DNA from: an uncultured Acidobacteriota bacterium
Lineage (GTDB): Bacteria > Acidobacteriota > Thermoanaerobaculia > Multivoradales > UBA5704
DNA: 64,000 bases
Reading direction: 5' to 3'
Assembly: GCA_963700145.1 (NCBI GenBank)
Contig: OY969474.1
Location: forward strand, 3,296,001-3,360,000
Under the pieces are notes generated by a model. The model made no database searches and was not told where the DNA came from. It was given only the letters and a program-made list of their open reading frames with translations. Position 1 is the stretch's first letter, and each line of letters begins with the position of its first letter. Position numbers and translations under genes: made by a program. Of the stretch, positions 28,301-40,448 are shown piece after piece.

Positions 28301-28601
28301 GTGGAATCCCGGTCCTACGCAGACCGCCATGTGCGCCCTCGCCGAGGAGCTGGTGAGAATCCGGGAGACGATCCGGGCGCTGGCACACGCGATCCCGGAG
28401 TCAGACAACCCGGAGGGCGCGCCCCCGACGATGGCGCTAGAGCTGAGCGGAATCGCGCTCGGCGCCATCGAGTCCTTAGACGCGGCGGTCGGGGAACTGA
28501 GAGAGGGGGCGATGATCACGCCCGCCGGTCTCCGCGAGGAGTGGGAACGGTCGCGGACCAAGGACCGCCTAGTGACGGCTCTTGTGCGAGCGCGGCTGTA
28601 G
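28293..28601 (+). CDS. hypothetical helical protein coupled to symE
   Basis: GGAGG RBS; overlaps the symE stop. Confidence 0.65.
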   Translation: MSRWNPGPTQTAMCALAEELVRIRETIRALAHAIPESDNPEGAPPTMALELSGIALGAIESLDAAVGELREGAMITPAGLREEWERSRTKDRLVTALVRARL

Positions 28602-28604
28602 GCG

Positions 28605-28793
28605 CTAGTCCTCGATCCCCAGGAATGCGCGCACAGCCCGCCGCATAACCTCCGCCTTGCTGCATCGCTCTTTCCGCGCGTAGCGGATCAGTGCCTCTTC
28701 CTCGTCGCCGTGGAGGTAGGTCACTTCCCGGAAGAGTCCACGCCCCGTATCCGGCTCCCGGTCCTTGAATCGGTCCTCCTCGTCGCTCTTCAT
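28605..28793 (-). CDS. second RHH protein, paralogue of 27715-27921
   Basis: REVTYLHGDEEEALIRYARKERCSKAEVMRRAVRAFLGIED. Confidence 0.75.
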   Translation of the reverse strand: MKSDEEDRFKDREPDTGRGLFREVTYLHGDEEEALIRYARKERCSKAEVMRRAVRAFLGIED

Positions 28794-28878
28794 CCCGAGC
28801 AGGATACGGACCGCTGTACGATACTCTGTGCCAGACTGGTCTACCGTGGTCTACTCGACCCGGAAGGGAGACGGCCCC

Positions 28879-29418
28879 ATGCCCCGCCAGCTTCACAGGA
28901 TCATCCCCGCGCTAGGAGCTGCCGTTGTGGCGTCGAGCCTAGCGGCGCAGGCGCCCGCCACCATCCCGGTAGACCGGCCGATCGGCGCTGAGCATCGCGC
29001 CTGGATCGTGTTCAAGGACGGCGGCCGGGTCGCCTCCGTCGGCGAATGGCGGATCAAGCCGCCGCTCCTCATCTTCCACGGCGACACCGGAACCCTCCTT
29101 TCGGCGCGACTGGACGCTCTTGACTTCGAGGCAACGCGTCGGCTCAACGGCATTCCGCCACCGCTCCCCACGGCCGCCGTCGAACTCCAGTTCAAGGAGC
29201 ACAAGCTGACGCCGCAGGAAGAGTGGGAGATTCGGCGAGAGGCGCAGGCGAACGTGTTCATTGAAAACAGCCCGACTCCTGAGCAGCGCGTAGAGCGCGC
29301 CCTGCGGCAGCGTGCAGCGAGGAAGCTGGGGGAGGAGTTAGGGTGCATTCTGCGCGCGCAGGGCGGGCTAGAGCGGGAAATTTGCCGGCTGCGGGTGGAG
29401 ATTGCATATCGGCCCTAG
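28879..29418 (+). CDS. secreted hypothetical protein
   Basis: GGGAG RBS; signal peptide ending SLAA-QA; IVFKDGG..GTLLSARLDALDFEATRRLN. Confidence 0.7.
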   Translation: MPRQLHRIIPALGAAVVASSLAAQAPATIPVDRPIGAEHRAWIVFKDGGRVASVGEWRIKPPLLIFHGDTGTLLSARLDALDFEATRRLNGIPPPLPTAAVELQFKEHKLTPQEEWEIRREAQANVFIENSPTPEQRVERALRQRAARKLGEELGCILRAQGGLEREICRLRVEIAYRP

Positions 29419-29424
29419 CTCGGG

Positions 29425-30228
29425 CTAGGCGAATTCCGCAAGCGACTGCATGAAGTCCCGTACAGCGCCCCAGGCCCGCTCTGCCCGCGCAGAGTCGTAC
29501 GGCTCGCGCGTGTGAATCACGTAGGTCCGCCAAGCGTGTTTGAAGTGGCGGAATTGACTTGCGGCCTCGGAGTAGCGCTGTAGCTGTTCATTCCTCTCCT
29601 TGCTCTTCGCGGTCTCCTCTAGCCTGCGGATCGCTCCTTGGATGGCGTTCAGGATTTCGCCCCAGTTCTCGACCTCAAGATCATGCTTCATTGTCACGCC
29701 AAGATGCCCCGCGAAGCGATGCAGCCCATGCTCTAGGACGCGCATCAGGTGGAAAACGCACGCGGTCCACTGGTCGAGCGCAAGACAGCGACCCGCGGCG
29801 GCGATATCGTCCGCCACGTCGGGGAATCGGTCGTCCACGGCTTCGCCGAAAAGAGCGCCGGAGCTCATCTTGTCGGCGTGCGCGGACGTGAGAGAGTAAA
29901 AACGATGCGTCGTTAGCTCCGCCAGCAACCCGTGGCGCACCTGGGAAAGGATGGCGATCGCGTATCCGTTGCTGACCTCGCTCCCGTCGAGTGACAGTCG
30001 CTCGGCAGCGCGGAATTGACCCTTGAAGTTAGGGGAGATAGGAATCTCCGCCTCGATGATCCGCTCCTTGAGCTTCGCTAAAGCCTTCTGGATTCCGCGC
30101 TCGGCGCCGGGCCAGCCCTCATCGTCGCCTGGGAACTCGGCGCCGGCCGCCAAGACCCTGACCTTCTGCTCGGCGACCATGAAGTTGTTGAACGCCTCGA
30201 AGAACTGAGCCGCGTGGAAACGGAGCAT
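29425..30228 (-). CDS. HEPN-domain protein (IS passenger)
   Basis: DIAAAGRCLALDQWTACVFHLMRVLE...AWRTYVIH (Rx4H); start uncertain (ORF open to 30357). Confidence 0.75.
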   Translation of the reverse strand: MLRFHAAQFFEAFNNFMVAEQKVRVLAAGAEFPGDDEGWPGAERGIQKALAKLKERIIEAEIPISPNFKGQFRAAERLSLDGSEVSNGYAIAILSQVRHGLLAELTTHRFYSLTSAHADKMSSGALFGEAVDDRFPDVADDIAAAGRCLALDQWTACVFHLMRVLEHGLHRFAGHLGVTMKHDLEVENWGEILNAIQGAIRRLEETAKSKERNEQLQRYSEAASQFRHFKHAWRTYVIHTREPYDSARAERAWGAVRDFMQSLAEFA

Positions 30229-31851
30229 GTCGTACAGGCTCCAGACCCGGTACGGCTCCCGAACCCACGGGGCGAGATTGCAACCGGAGGGGAAGCCGCC
30301 CGCCCCCTCCTCTGCGGTGGCGGGCTGACAGGCAGGGGGGGCGCTACCCGGCAGCATAGGCCGCCCCCTGCCGGTGAGTCAAGTATATTGTTGCCATACA
30401 ATGGGCCTCACGGGGTCCATCACCGCGACGACCTGGACGCCCGTCAGCTTCATTAGGACGGCTCCCGGTAGCGGCTCTTATCCGTACCTCACGATCAATG
30501 TAGAAAACCTGTTGAACGCCAACGACGGTACGAAGACCTCCTACGGCCAAGTTGACAACGTCTGCATCCGGGAACTGGACTTCACGGCGGCCGCCGTCTG
30601 CCAGGGCCAGCCGACCAACTTCAGCAGCAACGCGACCAGCGCGACATCTTGGAACTGGAACTTCGGGGACAGTACGAGCTCCAATCAGCAAAACCCGACG
30701 CACTCTTACGCCAGCGCCGGCACGTACAACGTGACGCTATGCGTCAACGGAACGACGAGCTGCGTCACGAAGCCGGTGACGGTCAACCCGAGACCGCCCG
30801 CCCCCGTGATTGTCGGCCCGAACAACCTTTGCAATGGGTTGACGACGACCTATTCCGTTGCGGCCGTGAGCGGTGTCACCTATGCATGGACTGTCACCAA
30901 TGGCACGATCATCGGCTCCTCGACGGGCAGCAGCGTCAACGTCACCTGGAACTCCACGGGTGGGGGCTTTATCTCCGTAACCACGACGAATCCGCAGAAG
31001 TGTTCGTCGAGCACCAGAATGAAGGTCTTCGATTGCAAGGTATGGCTGGATAAGTGCTGCGACGCGATAAAGCTGGACGCGAAAGCGCCGCCGGCCGTGC
31101 ACGCCGGGAGCAACGTCTACAGCTTGACGCCGACGCTGACCATCGTTCCGGCCCAGCTCGTCCTTCGCGTGGTGGCCAACGTCATCAGCACGGAGCAGAC
31201 ATTCTCGAGCGCGTCCTGCGGGACGAACGGCCCCGTGAGCAGTCACGTTGTCAGCGCCTCAACGGTTGCTGGTTTCGCTTCTCCCTCGCTGCCAGTGGCT
31301 TTCAGCCATGAGGTCATCTGGTCTGGTTCCGGCACGAGCCTCGGCCTCGGGTTGGCGTTCCCATTCCAGATCCAGTTCCCGCCCCCTCCTGCGCCCATAG
31401 GGTGCTCCGACACTCTGAAGTTCTGTGTGAAGTACACGCTCACCACCTCGACCTGCCGGTCGTGCGAGATCATCCGGTGCTACAGCATCGTGCGCCAGAA
31501 AAAAATCATCTGGGACGATCCCGCCCTCGAAAAGGGATTCGTCAAGGTCGGCAAGCCGTTCACGATCGGGGTGGAGCTCGAGACGCACGAAGGCGTGCGC
31601 CGCCCAGGCCCATTGACCCTTGGCATCAAGCCCGGCACGGGCGCACGGGGCGCGCGTCTGGCGGGACGGACGACAGCCGAAGTGATCGAAGGCAGGGCGA
31701 CCTTCAGCAACATCTCCATCGATCAGGTCGGCCAGGGCTACGTACTGATGGTGAGCGGCCCCGGCCTCACCGATCCGATCGAGAGTGACCCCTTCGACGT
31801 GTCGCAAGACGTGCGGCAGCGTTGAAGACCCCGCACGCCGCGGGAGGGGGG

Positions 31852-32121
31852 CTAGGCTTCGTCCGCCTCCCGCGCCTGCTCAGTGAGGATCGTCAGCCGG
31901 TTGTCCACCATCTGGGCGAAGCCGCCCTCCACGTGCAGCTTGTGGTTGCCCGCCGGCGACTGCACCCGCAGCTCCCCCTTGCCGAGCTTGTAGAGCAGCG
32001 GCGCGCGGTTTCTCAGGATGCCGACTTCGCCGTCCCAGGCGGGGAAGGCGACGAAGGTGGCTTCGGTCTCGAGCACCGCGCGCTCGGGGGTGATGACGCT
32101 GACGTGGAAGGTTTCGGCCAT
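31852..32121 (-). CDS. atpC: ATP synthase epsilon (short, 89 aa)
   Basis: VSVITPER, GEVGILRNRAPL, GGFAQMVDNRLTIL. Confidence 0.92.
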   Translation of the reverse strand: MAETFHVSVITPERAVLETEATFVAFPAWDGEVGILRNRAPLLYKLGKGELRVQSPAGNHKLHVEGGFAQMVDNRLTILTEQAREADEA

Positions 32122-32133
32122 CGCGTTGCCGGC

Positions 32134-33648
<1,515 letters not shown>

Positions 33649-33658
33649 TGGTCAGTCT

Positions 33659-34552
33659 TCAACTCAGGGCGTTGGCGCCGCCCACGATGTCGAGCAGCTC
33701 CATGGTGATCTGGGTCTGGCGCGCCCGGTTGTACTGCCGGGTGAGGGTCTTGATCATGTCGCCGGCGGCGTCGGTGGCGGCCTTCATCGCCACCATCCGC
33801 GCCACCTGCTCGGAGACTGCCGCGTCGGTGAAGGCCTGGAAGAGGCGGACGCGCACGGTGGCCGGTAGCAGCTCGTCGAGCAGCTCGGCGGGGCCGGGGG
33901 AGTACTCGTACTCGATCTGGCGGCCCGGCGTCACCGGGCCGGTGCCGGCCGGCGGCTCCGGCGCCCGCTCGGCGAGCGGCAGGAGCTGCACCACCCCGGG
34001 CCGCTGCACGCCGGCCGAGTGGAACTGCATCGACGCGACGTGCGCCGAGGCGATCTCGCCGGCCAGGAAGCGGGCCATGAGGGCGTTGGCGATCGGCTCG
34101 ACCTGGTCGAAGCGCGGCTTGTCGCTCACCCCGGTCGTCTGCTCGACGATCGGCCGGCGCAGGAAGCGGAAGAAGCCGATGCCCTTCTTGCCCACCATGT
34201 GGACGTCGGTCTCGATCCCCCGCTCCCGCTGCTCGTCGAGGTGGGCTGTGGCGGCGCGCAGGACGCCGGCGTTGTAGCCGCCGGCCAGGCCCCGGTCGCT
34301 GGTCAGGACGACGAGCGCCGAGCGCGGCACCTCGTCGTGGGTGGCGAGGAGCGGATGGCTCACCTCTTCGCCCGCGGCGCGCGACAGGTCGGCCGCCAGC
34401 TCGGCCAGCTTCTGCGAGTAGGGCTTGGTCGCCGTCGCGCGGTTGAAGGCCGCCTGGAAGCGGGCGGTGGCGATCAGCTGCATCGTCCGCGTGATCTTGC
34501 GGATGTTGCGCGCCGCCTTGCGCCGCTTGATGAGGACCCGCCGGTTGGCCAT
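33659..34552 (-). CDS. atpG: ATP synthase gamma
   Basis: KITRTMQLIA, SDRGLAGGYN, YNRARQTQITMEL. Confidence 0.97.
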   Translation of the reverse strand: MANRRVLIKRRKAARNIRKITRTMQLIATARFQAAFNRATATKPYSQKLAELAADLSRAAGEEVSHPLLATHDEVPRSALVVLTSDRGLAGGYNAGVLRAATAHLDEQRERGIETDVHMVGKKGIGFFRFLRRPIVEQTTGVSDKPRFDQVEPIANALMARFLAGEIASAHVASMQFHSAGVQRPGVVQLLPLAERAPEPPAGTGPVTPGRQIEYEYSPGPAELLDELLPATVRVRLFQAFTDAAVSEQVARMVAMKAATDAAGDMIKTLTRQYNRARQTQITMELLDIVGGANALS

Positions 34553-34569
34553 GAGCTAGGAGCCCGCGG

Positions 34570-36282
<1,713 letters not shown>

Positions 36283-36301
36283 GCGGTGTCCTCGTTTCTC
36301 A

Positions 36302-36910
36302 TTAGGTCTCTGCTTGAGCCTCCGGCGCCGAGCGGCGCTTGAGGATCTCCTCCGAGGCCCGCCGCGCCAGCGCCGCGCCCAGCTCGCGCAGGCGGGCGGC
36401 GAGGCTGGCGTCCAGCTTCCGTCCTTCCAGCTCGACGACGATCCCGCCGAGGACCTTCGGATCGACCACCTCCTGGAGCTCGGGCGTGCCGCCGCTCCAG
36501 CGGCGGACGGACTCGACGAGCCGCGCCCGCAGCGGCGGCGGGATCGGCACCGCCGTCCGCACCTTGACGTCCACCAGGCCGCGCGCCGCGCGCAGCTCGC
36601 GGCGGTAGGACTCGGCGAGCGTGCGCAAGACCATCAGCCGCCCCTTCCGGTTGAGCACCTGGAGGGCGTCGACCAGAAGGTCGCTCGCCTTGCCGCGGAA
36701 GAGCTTTTCGAGGCTGTCCCGCCGCCGCTCGTCGTCGACCAGGGGGCTGCCGGCGAACTCGGCGAACTCCGGGTCGCGGTCGAGGAGGCGCGCCAGCTCG
36801 GCCAGCTCCTCCGCCACGCGCTCGGACTCCCCGCGCTCCTCGGCCAGCGCCAGGAGCGAACGGGCGTAGACCCCCGCCAGGGCGAGCTGCCGCTCGTCGA
36901 AGCCCGCCAC
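36302..36910 (-). CDS. atpH: ATP synthase delta
   Basis: [21 protein letters not shown]; operon position. Confidence 0.93.
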   Translation of the reverse strand: MAGFDERQLALAGVYARSLLALAEERGESERVAEELAELARLLDRDPEFAEFAGSPLVDDERRRDSLEKLFRGKASDLLVDALQVLNRKGRLMVLRTLAESYRRELRAARGLVDVKVRTAVPIPPPLRARLVESVRRWSGGTPELQEVVDPKVLGGIVVELEGRKLDASLAARLRELGAALARRASEEILKRRSAPEAQAET

Positions 36911-36913
36911 GCC

Positions 36914-37507
36914 CTAGTTCCTCGGCATCGCGTCGAGACCGTCGATCGACTCGGCGATCAGCCGCTCGTGGTCGCCGGGCGTCAGCTCGCGGCCGAGGAC
37001 GCGGCCCGCCATGTCGGTGGCGAGGCGCGCCGAGAGGGTGTAGAGCTCCTTGGTCGCGGTGTCGGTGGCGATCTGGATCTCGCGCTTGGCGCGCGCGATC
37101 ATCTTGTCCCCCTCCTGCCGCGCCTCCTCCATCACCTGGCGCTTGACCACCTCGGCGTCGCGCCGCCCCTCGTCGACGATCGCCGAGGCCTCGGCGCGCG
37201 CCGTCGCCAGCCGCTCCTCGTACTCGCGCAGCCGTGCCTCGGCCGCCTCGCGGTCCTGCTTGGCCCGCTCGAGCGCCTCGCGGATGAAGCTCTCGCGCGC
37301 CTGCATGGCCCCGAGGATCGGCCCCCAGGCGTACTTGCCGAGGACGAAGAGGACGATGAGGAAGATCGCCAGCGTCCAGATGGCGTTGCCGACGTCGCCG
37401 GCGAAGAGGTTGCTCGACCCCTCGCCGGCGGCGTGCTCCGCCTCTTCGGCGGCGGCCGCCGCCCGCGCCAGCAGGAAGGCGGCCGCTGCGGTCAGTCGCG
37501 CGCGCAT
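36914..37507 (-). CDS. atpF: ATP synthase b
   Basis: LGKYAWGPILGAMQARE plus coiled coil. Confidence 0.93.
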   Translation of the reverse strand: MRARLTAAAAFLLARAAAAAEEAEHAAGEGSSNLFAGDVGNAIWTLAIFLIVLFVLGKYAWGPILGAMQARESFIREALERAKQDREAAEARLREYEERLATARAEASAIVDEGRRDAEVVKRQVMEEARQEGDKMIARAKREIQIATDTATKELYTLSARLATDMAGRVLGRELTPGDHERLIAESIDGLDAMPRN

Positions 37508-37509
37508 CG

Positions 37510-37884
37510 TCAGGCGACGAGCGCCGCGAGCAGGCCGACGACGATGGCGAAGAGCGCCGCGCCCTCGACCATGGCCGCGGTGACGATCATCGCGGTGTTG
37601 ATGCGGCCGGCGGCCTCGGGCTGGCGGGCCATCGACTCGACGGCGCTGGCGCCGATCCTGCCGACGCCGGCGGCGCCGCCCATGATCGCGAGCCCGGCGC
37701 CGATCGCGCCGCCGAGCTTGCCGGCGCCGCGGGTCGTGAGGAAGTATGAGGACTCGTCGCCGGCGGCCGCGGGCGCGCCGGCCTCGGCCTCCTGGGCGGC
37801 GGCGGGCAGGGCGGGCAGCAGCATCATCACCATTCCCAGCCCGATGGCGAGCAGGGCGAGCTTCGAGACGGTCTTCTGGTTCAT
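37510..37884 (-). CDS. atpE: ATP synthase c with N-terminal signal-like extension
   Basis: Gly-rich helix, ARQPE loop, MVEG carboxylate. Confidence 0.93.
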   Translation of the reverse strand: MNQKTVSKLALLAIGLGMVMMLLPALPAAAQEAEAGAPAAAGDESSYFLTTRGAGKLGGAIGAGLAIMGGAAGVGRIGASAVESMARQPEAAGRINTAMIVTAAMVEGAALFAIVVGLLAALVA

Positions 37885-37922
37885 GGTCGCGTGCGTCCTT
37901 TCGTGCAAAAGGGTGGATGCGT

Positions 37923-38768
37923 TCAATGGGCCTCGGCGTGCTCCTCGTGCACGACGACGGAGGTGCCGATGAAGAGCGCGGTCAGGAAGGTGAAGATGAA
38001 GGCCTGGAGGAAGGCCACGAAGATCTCCAGCATGGTGATCGCCACACTGCCGACGACCACCGGCACCGCCACCGCGAAGCCGCCGCCGGGACCCATCGCA
38101 CTGCCGGCGCTCAGGATGAAGCTGAGCAGCACGGCGAGCAGGATGTGGCCGGCGATCATGTTGGCGAAGAGGCGGACGGCGAGGGCGAAGATGCGCGCGA
38201 AGAGGCCGATGATCTCGACCGGCACGAGCAGCGGGGCGAGCCACAGCGGTCCCGGGCAGAAGTGGGCGACGTAGTGCTTGCCGCCCAAACGGAAGCCGTT
38301 GGCGACCATCATCACCATGGTGACGATGGCAAGGGTCGCGGTCACCCAGATGTTGCCGGTGGCGGTGCCGCCGATGTGAGCGCCGCCCAGCCCCGCGAGC
38401 GCCGCGATCGGCAGCATGCCCAGCAGGTTGATCGTCAGGATGAAGAAGAAGACGGTCCAGAGGAACTTGATGAAGCGGTCGGTGTGCTCGCCGAGCGCCG
38501 GCTCGGCGACCTCCTTGCGCAGGTAGGCGCAGATCGCTTCGAGGGCGTTGCCGGCGCCGGCCGGCACGTGGCGGCCGACCGGGTCGGCGCCGCGGCGCTT
38601 GCGCACGGCGAAGGGAACGAAGAGGACGAGCAGCAGGCCGGCGATGATGATCATCAGGATGTGGTTGTCGAGGATGGTGATCTGGCCGTCGGGGGTGAGG
38701 AAGCCCAGGTCGGCGGGCTTGCTCACCAGCCGGTGGCGGACCACGTGCTCGAGCGGATCGGCTGCCAC
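37923..38768 (-). CDS. atpB: ATP synthase a
   Basis: NLLGMLP, TATGNI, LAVRLFANMIAGH, LQAFIFTFL. Confidence 0.95.
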   Translation of the reverse strand: MAADPLEHVVRHRLVSKPADLGFLTPDGQITILDNHILMIIIAGLLLVLFVPFAVRKRRGADPVGRHVPAGAGNALEAICAYLRKEVAEPALGEHTDRFIKFLWTVFFFILTINLLGMLPIAALAGLGGAHIGGTATGNIWVTATLAIVTMVMMVANGFRLGGKHYVAHFCPGPLWLAPLLVPVEIIGLFARIFALAVRLFANMIAGHILLAVLLSFILSAGSAMGPGGGFAVAVPVVVGSVAITMLEIFVAFLQAFIFTFLTALFIGTSVVVHEEHAEAH

Positions 38769-38770
38769 GG

Positions 38771-39187
38771 TCAGGACCTCTTCGCGTTCGCGTCGCCCGA
38801 CGCCTCCAGGGCGTAGCGGGTGTCGGGTATCAACAGCAGGACGTAGCTCACGGCCAGCCAGAGGAGCAGGGGCGCGGTCGCGAAGCGTCCGGAGAGCGCC
38901 GCGGCGAGCCCCAGCGCCAGGGTGGTGAAGAGGCGCACGGTGGCGGCGGCGATGGTGCGGGCCGGCGCTTCCGTGGGCGCGGCGGGAAGCCGCGCCAGTC
39001 TCAGTCCCCCCAGCGCCGAGCCCAGCGCGCTGATGCCGCAGCCGGCGGTCATCGCGGCCAGCGCTCCCTCCCCGCCCCACCGGCGCGTCGGCACAGCTCC
39101 CAGAAGGGCCGCCGCGGCGGTCCAGAGGGCAACGCTGCCGAGGAACCGCAGGTAGCTCTCTGCGGGCCGCGGCGGCGCGCCGCTCAC
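38771..39187 (-). CDS. AtpI-like membrane protein
   Basis: 4 hydrophobic helices directly upstream of atpB. Confidence 0.7.
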   Translation of the reverse strand: MSGAPPRPAESYLRFLGSVALWTAAAALLGAVPTRRWGGEGALAAMTAGCGISALGSALGGLRLARLPAAPTEAPARTIAAATVRLFTTLALGLAAALSGRFATAPLLLWLAVSYVLLLIPDTRYALEASGDANAKRS

Positions 39188-39438
39188 TGCTCTTCGCCCT
39201 GGTTCCGGGTGTCCTCGCTTGCCGCTTCTTGGGAGGCGGCGAGCGATTGGCGGATCAGATTGTACAGGCCGCCGACGACGCCGAGGAGGACCCCCACGAC
39301 CAGGCCCCACGGCGCGGTTCCCCAGTGCCGGTCGACCCAGTAGCCGACCAGGGTGAAGCCTAGGATCGCGGCCGCGAGCTCGACGCCGAGAGCGGAGAAA
39401 CGGACCCAGCTCGACTGCTGCTCTGACGGCTCCGGCAT
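39184..39438 (-). CDS. AtpZ/AtpI family protein
   Basis: LGVELAAAI..GYWVDRHWGTAPWGLVVG. Confidence 0.85.
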   Translation of the reverse strand: MPEPSEQQSSWVRFSALGVELAAAILGFTLVGYWVDRHWGTAPWGLVVGVLLGVVGGLYNLIRQSLAASQEAASEDTRNQGEEQ

Positions 39439-39624
39439 CGTGGGGGGGACCCCGTCCCGGCGGGCGGGGCGGAGTTTATAGAACCCTTAGCGCCGGGCGC
39501 AATGGGGCGCTGCCGGCGGGAAACGGCGCGCGCAATTTGTGGACTTCGGGATCTGAGGCGCGCGCCTCCGCTTCGCTGCGCGCCGGATCGGTGGAGGACT
39601 ACGGTCGGCGTTGCCAGCGCTTGC

Positions 39625-40332
39625 TCAGAGGTTCCCTCTGGCAGCGCCCCATTGCGCCCTACCTGTGGTGGCCTTCGAAAGGAGGAGGGAGGAGAGGTTG
39701 TGGTCGGCGCGGTTGAGGAGGACTGCGTGCAGGCCGGCGGCTTCGGCGCCTTCTACGTCTTCTAGCTGGCGGTCGCCGATGTGGAGGGTGGAGAAGGACG
39801 GGACGGCTAGGCGGTCGAGCGCGAAGGCGAAGATGCGCTGGTCGGGCTTCTCGGACCCTACTTGAAAGGACGTGACGATGGCCTCGAAGTGATGGGCGAG
39901 GTCCAGAGCGGCGAGGAGGGGCGGGAGGCGGTCGTCCCAGTTGGCGATGACAGCCAACTTGAGGTCGCGGGCGCGGAGCTTCTCGAGGACGTCCGGGACT
40001 TCCGGGTAGACCTCCCAGGCTTCCGGTTGCGCGAAGCGGTGGTAGAGCTCGGCGGCGGCGAAGCGGGAGGGGGGTGGGGCGCCGAGGTGCTCGCAGAGAC
40101 GCTCGAGGAACCGGGCCCACCAGCCGCGCGGGCCTTCGGGGTGGGCGGCGAAGCGGTCGTAGGCGGGGTCGGCGCTGCAGGCGAGCTCCTGCCAGACGAG
40201 GGTGATGAGGCGCTCGGCTTCGGCGGGGGTGACGGCGACGCCGTGGCGCTCCAGGGTCTCGGCGTAGATCTCCCCGCGGCGCGGGCTGTGAAGGAGGGTG
40301 CCGGTGGCGTCGAAGGTGACGGCCCGCAGCAT
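39625..40332 (-). CDS. HAD-IA hydrolase (REG-2-like)
   Basis: FDATGTL, ANWD, EKPD, HIGD..DVEGA. Confidence 0.88.
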   Translation of the reverse strand: MLRAVTFDATGTLLHSPRRGEIYAETLERHGVAVTPAEAERLITLVWQELACSADPAYDRFAAHPEGPRGWWARFLERLCEHLGAPPPSRFAAAELYHRFAQPEAWEVYPEVPDVLEKLRARDLKLAVIANWDDRLPPLLAALDLAHHFEAIVTSFQVGSEKPDQRIFAFALDRLAVPSFSTLHIGDRQLEDVEGAEAAGLHAVLLNRADHNLSSLLLSKATTGRAQWGAARGNL

Positions 40333-40368
40333 GCCGGGGAGGATACTCCGCGAGCGCCGCGGCGGGAG

Positions 40369-40448
40369 AACCCGCGCCGGTTCAGAATAACCGCCGGCTC
40401 CGGCCGGCGACCTCTCGGGTAGCGGCGCCCATAACCGGGCGACGCAAA
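40369..40448. repeat. about 78-bp two-hairpin repeat, copy 1
   Basis: homologous to 48444-48520, shared core GGCGACCTCTCGGGTAGCGG. Confidence 0.75.

Larger units (their letters stand above)
26135..30395 (+). mobile_element. IS1595-family element with passenger genes, 4261 bp
   Basis: 23-bp IRs GGCAACAATATACTTGACACACC (26135-26157) and GGTGAGTCAAGTATATTGTTGCC (30373-30395), 22/23 match; 8-bp TSD ATACAATG at 26127-26134 and 30396-30403. Confidence 0.95.
25685..31825 (+). pseudogene. secreted PKD-domain Cys-rich protein (about 623 aa) interrupted by the IS1595 element
   Basis: 25685-26134 (signal peptide, NLVANGNF) joins 30404-31825 in frame after removing the element and one TSD; PKD motif WNWNFGD..NPTHSYASAGTYNVTL. 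Confidence 0.88.

Noticed and set aside
24948-31923. attL/attR of an integrative element at atpC
   Set aside because: No integrase, and the repeat is internally deleted, synonymously diverged and joined to a second duplicated gene fragment. Treated as allele stacking instead.
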